The notes under the pieces: generated by a model
Seen by the model: only the letters and a program-made list of their open reading frames with translations
Databases searched by the model: none
Told to the model about the DNA's origin: nothing
Translations under genes and position numbers: made by a program
From: a virus
Taxonomy: Duplodnaviria; Caudoviricetes
Length of the DNA: 40,336 bases
Strand: one strand, 5' to 3'
IMG/VR virus record: IMGVR_UViG_3300048563_000113
Coordinates: 1 to 40,336 of that record
Shown here: piece by piece, positions 1 to 8,350 of the stretch
How positions within the stretch are numbered: the first letter of the stretch is position 1
How the letters are laid out: every line of letters begins with the position of its first letter

Positions 1-240
1 CTACTCAGCCTTCGTGAAGTCCAAGTAGTACTCCTTGCCCAGCTCGAAGTAGTTTCCGGCCTGGGGATTCAGCGTGGCCAGCTCGATATTTCCGCCCGGC
101 GTGGCCTCGTAGAAAGCCTTGTTTTCTTCGCTGCCGGATGTCACAGGGCTCAGCCTGACTGTCTGCACCTCGCCCTTGGCTTTGTCCCAGTGTTGCGTCC
201 TGGTGACGCTTTGAACCGCGAATTTCGCTCTCACGCTCAT
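1..240 (-). CDS. Small conserved phage protein of unknown function (79 aa)
   Basis: Strong GGAGG RBS and protein-like composition (MSVRAKF...EENKAFYEATPGG...GKEYYLDFT). Confidence 0.8.
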   Translation of the reverse strand: MSVRAKFAVQSVTRTQHWDKAKGEVQTVRLSPVTSGSEENKAFYEATPGGNIELATLNPQAGNYFELGKEYYLDFTKAE

Positions 241-259
241 TGGTTTGTCCTCCGTAGAA

Positions 260-292
260 CCCGGCTTATGACTGGCGCCGGGGATTGCCAGT
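260..292 (-). promoter_or_regulatory. Predicted H-type RNA pseudoknot over the MTase stop codon, upstream of the ORF1 RBS
   Basis: Minus strand reads ACTGGC-AATC-CCCGGC-GCCAGT-CATAA-GCCGGG, giving two interleaved perfect 6-bp stems. Confidence 0.5.
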
Positions 293-1024
293 TTTGGGTT
301 TCATCCGCTCTACGGCCACGTCGAAGTAGTGGCCGCTGATCTCGATGCCGGTGAAGCGTTTGCTCTGTTTCAGGGCGGCAATGCCGGTAGTGCCGGAGCC
401 CATGAAGGGGTCGAGGATGTGGCCGTCGGCGGCGGCAACCAGGGCGTCCATGAGGGCCTCGGGTTTGCCTACCTGGTGGAACTTGCCGCCGGCGGTGGGC
501 GGGACGCGGAACAGGCCGGGGTTGTAGCGCTCGCCGGCCAGGCTGCCCTTGGAGCCCCAGACGATGTACTCGCACTGGGAGCGGAAGCCGCCCTTGTAGG
601 GGCGGGCGCCGGCGGTCTTGTCCCAGACGGCAATGCCGCGCCAGATGAAGCCGGCGGCTTGCAGGGCGTCGGTGGTGACCGGGAGCTGCCGCCAGTCCGA
701 GAAGACGGCGATCAGCCCGCCGTCGGCCATTCTGGCGTGGCAGAGCGCCATCCAGAGGGCGCTCCAGTGCAGGTAGGAGCGCTGGTCCTTGGTGTCGCCG
801 AGGAAGTCCGGATATTTCTGACCGGAGTTGAGGTATTTGGCCCCGGTGGATCGCGCCCGGTCGCCTTTCGACTGCCCGCCCGAGCTGTAGGGCGGGTCGG
901 TGATGACGGCGCCGAACGGGCCGGCCAGGGTCGGCAGCACCGCCAGGGCATCGCCCCGGTGGAGATCGGCGCCGCCGACCGTTAAACGATCCGAATTGTT
1001 AAGGAGCTTTTTTCGAGTTGCCAT
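266..1024 (-). CDS. N4-cytosine/N6-adenine DNA methyltransferase (beta class), at the mom position
   Basis: Catalytic TDPPY precedes the SAM-binding ILDPFMGSGTTG; HQVGKPEAL motif; lies directly downstream of com. Confidence 0.92.
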   Translation of the reverse strand: MATRKKLLNNSDRLTVGGADLHRGDALAVLPTLAGPFGAVITDPPYSSGGQSKGDRARSTGAKYLNSGQKYPDFLGDTKDQRSYLHWSALWMALCHARMADGGLIAVFSDWRQLPVTTDALQAAGFIWRGIAVWDKTAGARPYKGGFRSQCEYIVWGSKGSLAGERYNPGLFRVPPTAGGKFHQVGKPEALMDALVAAADGHILDPFMGSGTTGIAALKQSKRFTGIEISGHYFDVAVERMKPKTGNPRRQS

Positions 1025-1184
1025 CGGGCGTTTCCTTTCGGAGTGACGCTCGACGGCGCTCGGGTGAGAGGCTCTTGGCCTTCATCACGTTCAGCACCCC
1101 ACATCTGGGGCACTTGATGGCCAGTCGGCGGTAGTCCGCCTCGGCCAGTTTTCTGTTGCAGTTACCGCATCTGATCTCTTCCAA
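999..1184 (-). CDS. com: Mu Com-family zinc-finger translational regulator
   Basis: EIRCGNCNRKLA...IKCPRCG zinc ribbon; TTG start with AAGGA RBS; overlaps the MTase start as in Mu com-mom. Confidence 0.9.
   Translation of the reverse strand: MEEIRCGNCNRKLAEADYRRLAIKCPRCGVLNVMKAKSLSPERRRASLRKETPDGNSKKAP
1014..1062 (-). promoter_or_regulatory. Hairpin sequestering the MTase RBS and ATG
   Basis: Minus strand CGAG-c-GCCGTCG-a-GCGT-cac-TCC-gaaa-GGA-a-ACGC-c-CGATGGC-aa-CTCG pairs across AAGGA and ATG. Confidence 0.6.
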
Positions 1185-1214
1185 GTTCCTTGTCTTCCGC
1201 GTGATAGGCTTGGC

Positions 1215-1315
1215 CCGCCGTGATCACGGTGGCGGCGCCCTGGCCTGACGCAGGCATACTCTGCCGAGGGCGGCCGGGCCGGGTGTCTCACCACCTTGCC
1301 CGGCCGCGCCGTCTT
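1215..1315 (+). ncRNA. Putative structured sRNA antisense to the com leader
   Basis: Extended -10 TGaTAGGCT at 1202-1210. Stems: 1215-1232 hairpin; GGCGGCGC(1231-38)/GCGCCGTC(1306-13); GCAGG-catac-TCTGC; GCGGCCGGGC(1270-79)/GCCCGGCCGC(1298-1307). Confidence 0.5.
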
Positions 1316-1317
1316 TA

Positions 1318-1623
1318 TTACTCTCTGCGCCTCAGCACCGCGATGTTGTCCTCGGATACATCCAGCGTGCCGTCCCGGCACCCCTTCACCACGTCAAGCA
1401 CCAGCGCGGGGGAAATGCCGGGCGGGCAGGCGGGTGGCAGCGCGGGTTTAGGGCGCTGGCACACGGGGCAAGCGGCGGCGGCCTGATGCACGGCCGGAGC
1501 CTGGACTGCGGCCGGGGACGGCACGGCCGCTTCCGGCCAAAAGAGAGCGAAGACCAGCATGGCCAGGAATAAACCCAGGACCATGCCGACCACAATATGA
1601 TCCGCGCCGGATGCCTTCTTCAT
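1318..1623 (-). CDS. Small membrane-anchored protein
   Basis: N-terminal TM segment (IVVGMVLGLFLAMLVFALFW), Pro/Ala linker, Cys-containing C-terminus; GGAGG RBS. Confidence 0.7.
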   Translation of the reverse strand: MKKASGADHIVVGMVLGLFLAMLVFALFWPEAAVPSPAAVQAPAVHQAAAACPVCQRPKPALPPACPPGISPALVLDVVKGCRDGTLDVSEDNIAVLRRRE

Positions 1624-1638
1624 CGTTTCAATCCTCCT

Positions 1639-1857
1639 TCACACTTGATACGTCACGCTCGCCACGGGGGCCGGTTCGGCCCAGCCGTCGCGGACGGTGA
1701 CTCTGTTTCCCCTGGCCATCGTGCCGGCCGGGCGGGCGAGCACGGCGCCGCGCTCGGTGGCGACGACGACGAGGTCGCCCGAGAAGCCGGTGACGACGCC
1801 CGTCTGTTCGCCCTGCCCGCTCAGCAGTCCGGCCATTTCCTTGATCGGCAAGCTCAC
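1639..1857 (-). CDS. Small tail-tip module protein
   Basis: Translationally coupled (GTGA overlap) to the upstream tail gene; beta-rich. Confidence 0.65.
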   Translation of the reverse strand: MSLPIKEMAGLLSGQGEQTGVVTGFSGDLVVVATERGAVLARPAGTMARGNRVTVRDGWAEPAPVASVTYQV

Positions 1858-2153
1858 GGCAGCGGCACCTCAAGATCGACGGTGTGGTCAACCTCAGCGC
1901 CTCGCACGGTGAGCGAGATGCCTGTCACCTTGCCGCGATACGGCGCCGCGCTGGCCGGGTCGCTGGCCTCGATCAACTGGCCGAGGCGGACGCCCACCCG
2001 GTGTTTTACCGAGAGCGCGACGCGGTTGATCTCGTGGGCGTTGGCGTCCATCTCGGCGCGGCCGCGATGGATCAGCACATCGTCGGCGAGCAGCGGCTCG
2101 ACGATGGGCGAGCCGCTGCGGTCGCCGGCGCCGCGATAGACCTCGATGATCAT
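1854..2153 (-). CDS. Tail module protein (MIIEVYRGAGDR...)
   Basis: ATGA overlap with 2150-2665; start reassigned to 2153. Confidence 0.7.
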   Translation of the reverse strand: MIIEVYRGAGDRSGSPIVEPLLADDVLIHRGRAEMDANAHEINRVALSVKHRVGVRLGQLIEASDPASAAPYRGKVTGISLTVRGAEVDHTVDLEVPLP

Positions 2154-2665
2154 GTCGTTGTTCCCTGTATGAGCACCAGGATCGGGAAGTCGGTCTGGCC
2201 GTTGATGCTGGCCGGCGACTGCAGCTTGTACACGTCGGGCACCGCCACGTAGGTGACCCTGCAAACCGCGACGCCCTTGTCCGCCGCCTGCACGGTGACC
2301 TTGTCGTCCTGCAGCTCAAGCGCGCCCAGGCTGGTGCCGAACCATTCGACCGAGGCGAGCGCGGCGCCGGCGACTGGCTTTTGCAGCGTCGCCGTGCGGC
2401 TGTCGTCGAAACTCAGCTCCTCGGCAACGGTCACGGCGACGGTGCCCTGCGGCGTGACGGTTCCGGCCGAGGCCACGACGGAAGTGATGACGACGTTGGG
2501 CGTGCGGTAGGCCAGGATGTAGGCCGGCTGCCCAGGTGAAAAGCCGGTCTGGCCACCGTTGAGGCCGTCTTCGCGGCTGTCCAGTTCGGCGGACAGATGC
2601 CCCGCCGCCGCGCCGCCGCCGGCCGCGCCGAAACTCACCACGATGGTTGCCTGGTCTTGCATCAA
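2150..2665 (-). CDS. Tail module protein
   Basis: Coupled gene in the tail operon; beta-rich virion-protein composition. Confidence 0.75.
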   Translation of the reverse strand: MMQDQATIVVSFGAAGGGAAAGHLSAELDSREDGLNGGQTGFSPGQPAYILAYRTPNVVITSVVASAGTVTPQGTVAVTVAEELSFDDSRTATLQKPVAGAALASVEWFGTSLGALELQDDKVTVQAADKGVAVCRVTYVAVPDVYKLQSPASINGQTDFPILVLIQGTTT

Positions 2666-3972
2666 ATGTCCATCAGCACGAACTGCACTTCTTCGTCGGC
2701 GTCCAGGCCGACCGACCAGTCGGACGACTGCACGGTGTAGGTGATGTCCAGCAGGCTGTAGCCGGGCACGGTGGCCGTCAGCTCGGTGCCTCTGGCGGTG
2801 ACCTCGCCGAGGTCGGCCGCCTGCCAGGTCATGGCCGTGATGGCGTCAACGGCATAGCGCGTCTTCGCGCTCCCGGCGATGAATTCCGCCAGCTCGGTCT
2901 CGCTGCGCGCCACGCTGCCCAGCGGTGCGATGGTGGTGGCCGGGTTGCCGGTGTGCACGAGGGATACCGGCCGGGCGGGGCTCGGATAGGCGCGGACGGT
3001 GCCGGCATTGTTGCCGGCGGCGACGTATTCCAGCGTGTCGGACGCACCGGCGGCGCCGGCCCGCTCGTTCGCCACGACGACGCGGTTGAAGCCGCGCACC
3101 GGAGCGATGCGCGCGGACGAATCCAGCACCTCGTTGTCGAAGAACTGATGGGCGACGGCGGCGCTGCCGTACTGCGGCACGCCGACCGGGTGGCGCGGCC
3201 GGCAAACCACGGCGCCGGCCGGGGTGCTCTCGATGAGCCCGCCGACCGCCTCGACGATCGCGCGCGCCGCCCTGAGCGGCGTCACGCCCTCGAAGGCCAG
3301 CGCCGAGGCCGGGATCACCCACGAGGGCAACTGCCAATCCACCGCGCCGATCAAGTCCTCGACGGCCACCTCGGCCAGCGTCGGCGCGGCGGCCTGGTAA
3401 GAAGTGTCCTGCGCGAACGGCGCATCGAGCAGCGCCAGCGGGCTCGATGCCGTGATCTCGCAGGTTCTCGATTCCGGCGTGGCGCGGCCGAGGGTCTTGC
3501 CGTCCACCACCAGCGCGAACACCTCCGCGCCGAGCGACAGGGAGAGGGCGTCGCCGATGGCCATGAGCGCGAAATCGTCCAGCCTGGCGATCTCGATCCG
3601 GGCGATCCATACCGGGCTGTCCTCGTCGCAGGACAGCGCCGCCTCGCCGATGCCGACGAGCCTGCCGGCATGCACGAGCTCCACGTCCACCGCCACCGAA
3701 TACACCGCCTGTTCCGACAACAGGGAATAGCCGGCCTTCAGCGCCCGCCGCACGGGATCGCGCTCGCTCAGGTCATAGGCGGTCTCGCAACGGGCCGAGT
3801 GCCCCGTGAAGATCGCCCAGGGAGCCACGAACACCGTGCCCATGCGCACCGCGTAGGGCGCCTGGTGGCTGGCGGCGACTATCGAATCCCCATAGGGCGC
3901 CTGATGGCTGGCGCGCAGGAGCGCCTGCGCATCGGCGCGGATCAGCGAGAGAGGAAGCGCGAGCCCGAGCAC
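2662..3972 (-). CDS. Tail/baseplate hub-like protein
   Basis: 436 aa in the tail operon; start uncertain; short ASHQAPY repeat near the N-terminus. Confidence 0.7.
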   Translation of the reverse strand: MLGLALPLSLIRADAQALLRASHQAPYGDSIVAASHQAPYAVRMGTVFVAPWAIFTGHSARCETAYDLSERDPVRRALKAGYSLLSEQAVYSVAVDVELVHAGRLVGIGEAALSCDEDSPVWIARIEIARLDDFALMAIGDALSLSLGAEVFALVVDGKTLGRATPESRTCEITASSPLALLDAPFAQDTSYQAAAPTLAEVAVEDLIGAVDWQLPSWVIPASALAFEGVTPLRAARAIVEAVGGLIESTPAGAVVCRPRHPVGVPQYGSAAVAHQFFDNEVLDSSARIAPVRGFNRVVVANERAGAAGASDTLEYVAAGNNAGTVRAYPSPARPVSLVHTGNPATTIAPLGSVARSETELAEFIAGSAKTRYAVDAITAMTWQAADLGEVTARGTELTATVPGYSLLDITYTVQSSDWSVGLDADEEVQFVLMDI

Positions 3973-3975
3973 GTC

Positions 3976-4839
3976 TTACACCGGCGTGAATGAGGCCGGC
4001 GCCTTCAGCACCAGCGGCGCGTCCGTGTGGATGGCGGAGTTGAACGTCACCCAGCCGGGGATGGTGGTGCCGAGGTGCGTGTAGCCGTTCGTGGCGATCA
4101 TCGCGTCCTCGATGTCGCCCATGACGGCGGCGGAGAGCGTGCTGGTGCCGAGCTTCGGGTAGACCGGCGCGGCAAGTTGCGCCAGCGTCGAGGCGGGATG
4201 CCGCTTGATGCCGGCGCCGTCGGCGCAGAGCGGCGACCACCAGCCCAGGGTCGGCGCAACGACGGAGCCGGCATTGTTGCGCCCGAACGCCGGCAAGTAC
4301 AGGCCGGCGGCGGTCAGGAGGCCGTAACGCGCCCAGTTGTCGCTGGTCATGTCCGAGGGCATGCGGCGCGACTTCGCACCGATGGTCACGGCGTGGTAAA
4401 CGTCGAAGGTCTCCTGGCTGTCGTCGGTGGCCCATTGGCGCGTGCCGATCCAGAACCATCCCTCGCGGCCGGACGCCGCCGCCCAGATCTGCAACTGTGA
4501 GTTATAGAAGACCTCGTCGATCGGGTCCCAGTACTGCGGGTTGGCCGTCACGGCGATGGCCGGCGTGCCCGTCCTGATGCCGGCGTCGTTCCAGGCCAGG
4601 CCATGCAGCGCCGCCGCCTTGATCTCCGTGGTGCCGTTCAGGTAGATCGTCCAGTGCGGCGTATCGTCGTTCGTGTCGGCCGCCGGCGTCGCGCCGGCCG
4701 GCATGAACTCGATGCGGTCGGAGAGATTCGCCAGGACGTTAAACCCGGCATCGACGATCATCGTCTTTAACAGCCCGAAGAGCGCCGTCACGTTCGTCAG
4801 GGTGCCCCCCGCGTAGGTCTTGCTGATGCCGATCCTCAT
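3976..4839 (-). CDS. Tail-associated virion protein (MRIGISKTYAGG..., 287 aa)
   Basis: ATGA overlap with 4836-5849; the upstream part of the listed 568-aa ORF looks like shadow sequence. Confidence 0.75.
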   Translation of the reverse strand: MRIGISKTYAGGTLTNVTALFGLLKTMIVDAGFNVLANLSDRIEFMPAGATPAADTNDDTPHWTIYLNGTTEIKAAALHGLAWNDAGIRTGTPAIAVTANPQYWDPIDEVFYNSQLQIWAAASGREGWFWIGTRQWATDDSQETFDVYHAVTIGAKSRRMPSDMTSDNWARYGLLTAAGLYLPAFGRNNAGSVVAPTLGWWSPLCADGAGIKRHPASTLAQLAAPVYPKLGTSTLSAAVMGDIEDAMIATNGYTHLGTTIPGWVTFNSAIHTDAPLVLKAPASFTPV

Positions 4840-5849
4840 GATGCGGACTCCCCGTGAATGGCCAGCGAGGCGTAGTCGTTGGCCAGGCTGGCCGCGCCGG
4901 CCGGCACCTCGCGGCGATACCACACCGGGATCGAAGCCGGCGCGGTGTTGAAGACGACCGTGTCGTTCGCTGCCCAGGTGCCGCCCCACCCTTCCGACTG
5001 GATCGTGAAGTAGGGCGTGCCGGTGGCCGGATTGAGCGGCGCGTAATCGGCGGCAATGCCGCCCGCCGCCAGCGCGCCGACGGTATCGCCGCTGGCGGTG
5101 AAGGCCGTCGGGCTGGTGAAGGTGAGCGTCCATATCTGCTGGATCGCGCCCTTGTTGTGCGCCACCACGTTCCCCGCCGTGCCCTCGGCGTAGGTGCCCG
5201 CCGTCGATGTTTCGACCCAGGCCGAGAAGGCGGCGGCGACGCTGGCCGCCTCCATCACGCTGCTCACCAGCGTGTTGTTCGTCGCGTAGCTGTGCACCAG
5301 CGGCGAGCCGGTGAACGACAGCGTGGCATAGCTGCCGCCGTAGACAATCCCGGTCAGCGTCTTCCACTCCTCGTTGCCGGAACCGCCGACGCTCGGCTTG
5401 TCCGAAATGCGCACCGCGTCGCCGGTGCGGAAGGGCTGCAGCGTCGTGTAGGCGGCGAGGTTCTCGCACAGCACCTGGATGCTCTCGGCGCCGGCGGTGG
5501 CGGCGACGTTGAGCGTGCCCACGCCGTAGCCGCGCGCCGTCACCTGGTCCTCGGTGTCCGTCTGCGTGCCGGCATGCACCGTCACGAAGTCGCCGCCGGG
5601 CGTGAGCGCATCGAGGAACAGGCGCGCGTTGACCAGGGCGGCGTCGATCGCGCTCGCCACATGGATGAAGGCCTTGCGCCACTTCACGGCGCCGGCGGCG
5701 CGCTCGGAGGCGGTGACATCCGGCAGCAGGTTGTTCTTTACGCCGGAGACCGCCTGCGCGGCGGCCATGCGGCCGCCGTTCTGCGCCGGCGTGCTGTCCG
5801 ACACCAGGGCGCTTGGGCGCCAGACGATTTCATTGTCAAGTATGGGCAT
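4836..5849 (-). CDS. Tail structural protein
   Basis: MPILDNEIVW...NGGRM...KNNLLPDV...WRKAF, an N-terminus typical of siphovirus tail proteins; Thr/Ala/Gly rich. Confidence 0.8.
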   Translation of the reverse strand: MPILDNEIVWRPSALVSDSTPAQNGGRMAAAQAVSGVKNNLLPDVTASERAAGAVKWRKAFIHVASAIDAALVNARLFLDALTPGGDFVTVHAGTQTDTEDQVTARGYGVGTLNVAATAGAESIQVLCENLAAYTTLQPFRTGDAVRISDKPSVGGSGNEEWKTLTGIVYGGSYATLSFTGSPLVHSYATNNTLVSSVMEAASVAAAFSAWVETSTAGTYAEGTAGNVVAHNKGAIQQIWTLTFTSPTAFTASGDTVGALAAGGIAADYAPLNPATGTPYFTIQSEGWGGTWAANDTVVFNTAPASIPVWYRREVPAGAASLANDYASLAIHGESAS

Positions 5850-5858
5850 GCTTTCCTC

Positions 5859-6242
5859 TCAGACGGTCATGAGCCGGATGACGGCGAGGTAGCGGTCGCC
5901 CGGCTGCGGATTGACGAACGGGAACAGCGGCGTCGCCGAAAAGGCCGGCGGCTCGTGATGGCGGAACATCACCTGGTAGGGCGTGCCGCGCAAAGTCAGC
6001 GTGTAAACGCCGCCGGGGCTGTCGGCGAGGAGGCGCAGCGCATCGACCTGCGTCTTGGTCAGCCAGCCGGCGTCCTCGCGCGATTCGAGGGTGATGGCGC
6101 GCCCCTTTTGCAGGGCCGCATAGAGCACCAGCAGCGATCCGTCGAGGGTGCGCCGCGCCGACTGCGCCACCGCCTGCGCGGCGTGCTCGTCCGACCAGAT
6201 CAGGCTGGTGGGGAGTGCGATGGTGTCGAGCTGGATGGTCAT
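5859..6242 (-). CDS. Distal-tail (Dit)-like protein
   Basis: MTIQLDTIALP...WSDE...RRTLDGSLLV...GRAITL pattern of small genes that follow tape measures; ATGA overlap at 6242. Confidence 0.7.
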   Translation of the reverse strand: MTIQLDTIALPTSLIWSDEHAAQAVAQSARRTLDGSLLVLYAALQKGRAITLESREDAGWLTKTQVDALRLLADSPGGVYTLTLRGTPYQVMFRHHEPPAFSATPLFPFVNPQPGDRYLAVIRLMTV

Positions 6243-8350
6243 CTTAAGCAAACCCTGATCAGCGATGCGCTAATGAATTCCGTGCAGATTTCCGCCTTGC
6301 TGTACACACCCAGAATGGGAGGGTCAGACACAAAATCGTCCAGCGCGATGAGCGACGATGCCAACAGCAGCGGAGGGTAGCTGATGCTCCAGCTCGTGAT
6401 ATCTCTGATCTTGCCGTCGTCAATCCATTTTTGCAGCAGCGCGGCCGCGCATTCATTCATGTTGCCGCCCGGCCACGACTCAAAGAACAGATAGCCAGAC
6501 GCCCAGCCCAGCGTGTAAGCATTCAACGGGGAAACGTCGAGGTAGGTGCCATACCGAGCCCTCGCCTCGGCGGCGGTGAAATGCACAGAGAGCGTGTAGT
6601 TTGAAATGTTGATCCACCCACCCGCATATATTTGGCCAGTTATTATCAGGTCGCCGAGGAACGAAATCCCTCCGTAGGACGAGCCTGAAGTTCGGTTGTC
6701 AGGCGGGGTTGGCCTTGCGAAAGAAAACACAACGTCGCCTGAATTGCCGCCATACGCGGCAAGGTGCGACCAGAACCGGACGGCGTCATCATTGAAGAAC
6801 GCCCAGGCCTGCGCCTTGTGACCGGCAGCAGCCGGCAACGCGGAAGCGTCAGACGCAATGGCCGTGACGTATTTGCCGTCGGCATAGGCGCCGCTCGCGC
6901 AGGCGAAACCATGCTCGACGATGCCGCCGCCATTCTGGCCGTCGTAGACAACATCGCTCATCTTGTAATCGATGGTCGCAGGGTGCGAGGATAGGTATGC
7001 AATCGGCAGAACGAAATTGACATCGCCGCTCTCCGAGTTGGCGGATAGGTTGCGCGCCACCACCACGGTATGGTTCGACAGCGAAATCGCACCATATTTC
7101 GATCCGGAACCGAACGGCATCCGCGCGACGATGCACGCGGCGAAACCGAACGGGTTGACCAGCCGCGCTGTAATGTGGAGCCCGAAGCCGTCGATCGCCG
7201 CGATGGCGGTGATCCGATAGCACGCCTTGTACTGCCGGATCGTGCGCACCTCGACCGTCTCCTCGAAATACGCCTGCGGCGCGATGAAGCCGGCGGTGCG
7301 CACGTCGGGGATGCTCCGGGGCCAGACGGTGCGGAAGGTCTCCGCGCAAAGCACACTGGCGTATTTCGTCCGAACCAGCACGTTGTTCATCGCGAAGTCG
7401 AGCACGCCGGACTGGTGAATCCACGTTCCCTCCGGGTCGAAAAACGCCGGATCGCCGTCGTCGGCGGCCTGGAATTCCTTGTGCGTCAGGTTGCCGAAGA
7501 AACTGCGGCCGAAGTCGGGCGCCTCGGACCAGGCGACGTTCTGCGTGTTGAGCGGCGTCTTCCATTCCCAGAACAGGAACCAGCGGTTGCTCTGCTGGTG
7601 CGTATAGCGGTGCACCACCAGCCAGCGCGGCCCGGTCTCCGCCATCATCGGGAAACCGGGCAGCTCGAAGCGCAGCCGGCCGATGTCGAACGCCTCGCCG
7701 CGCGCGACCAGCTCGGCGCCGGGCTCCGGGTCGCCGGCGAGTTCCCAATCGGAGTAATGGGCGAACACCTTCGGGCTGCGGATGCGCCAGACGCCGCCGG
7801 TGAACACCTTGTGGATGTAATCGCGCCAGGCCGTGCTGGCATTGACCAAGTCGAAGACGATGGCGTTGGCGAAATTGCCGACACCGTTTTTAGGCGGCGG
7901 CACGGCATCCGTCTCAAAAACCGTGTTCTCCGGATAGTAGCTGCCGCCCACCGCATTGACGCGGTGGAGCACCTGGAAGGGGATCGTGCCGCAGCCGACG
8001 GACGGCGAGAAGTCGACCGAAACCGCCGCGCGCAGGCCGTCCCCGCTCTCCCCGGCCGCCCCCGGCGCGGCGGCGAGCCTGGCGGAAACGGCGATGTCGA
8101 CGCCGGTCGGCGGCGACGGTTGCGAGGCGAATTTGCTGGCCTCGCAGGAGGCCACGGCGGAGGCCTGGGCGGCGAAGGTCGCCTGGTCGATGCGGACGAT
8201 CTCGGCGGCCTGCGGCATCCACGGCTCCACAGGCGGGTCGAGCGAGAGCAGCCACTCCAGGATCGGGCGGTCGCAGTCGTTGAGCGCCTCGTCGTAGCTG
8301 GGCGCCGGGCAGGTGTAGAACTTGATCGGAATCGCCGCGCGCGTCGTCAT
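6239..8350 (-). CDS. Large unknown virion-associated protein (703 aa)
   Basis: Coupled to the tape measure stop and to the next gene; aromatic-rich; the C-terminal part looks lower in GC. Confidence 0.75.
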   Translation of the reverse strand: MTTRAAIPIKFYTCPAPSYDEALNDCDRPILEWLLSLDPPVEPWMPQAAEIVRIDQATFAAQASAVASCEASKFASQPSPPTGVDIAVSARLAAAPGAAGESGDGLRAAVSVDFSPSVGCGTIPFQVLHRVNAVGGSYYPENTVFETDAVPPPKNGVGNFANAIVFDLVNASTAWRDYIHKVFTGGVWRIRSPKVFAHYSDWELAGDPEPGAELVARGEAFDIGRLRFELPGFPMMAETGPRWLVVHRYTHQQSNRWFLFWEWKTPLNTQNVAWSEAPDFGRSFFGNLTHKEFQAADDGDPAFFDPEGTWIHQSGVLDFAMNNVLVRTKYASVLCAETFRTVWPRSIPDVRTAGFIAPQAYFEETVEVRTIRQYKACYRITAIAAIDGFGLHITARLVNPFGFAACIVARMPFGSGSKYGAISLSNHTVVVARNLSANSESGDVNFVLPIAYLSSHPATIDYKMSDVVYDGQNGGGIVEHGFACASGAYADGKYVTAIASDASALPAAAGHKAQAWAFFNDDAVRFWSHLAAYGGNSGDVVFSFARPTPPDNRTSGSSYGGISFLGDLIITGQIYAGGWINISNYTLSVHFTAAEARARYGTYLDVSPLNAYTLGWASGYLFFESWPGGNMNECAAALLQKWIDDGKIRDITSWSISYPPLLLASSLIALDDFVSDPPILGVYSKAEICTEFISASLIRVCLR

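Noticed and set aside
260-310. Pseudoknot-stimulated frameshift fusing the MTase to ORF1
   Set aside because: No slippery heptamer at the right spacing; a -1 shift does not enter the ORF1 frame, and ORF1 has its own RBS.
3854-3913. 21-bp direct repeat (ASHQAPY twice)
   Set aside because: Small in-frame protein repeat in a tail gene; no sign of a regulatory or mobile role.
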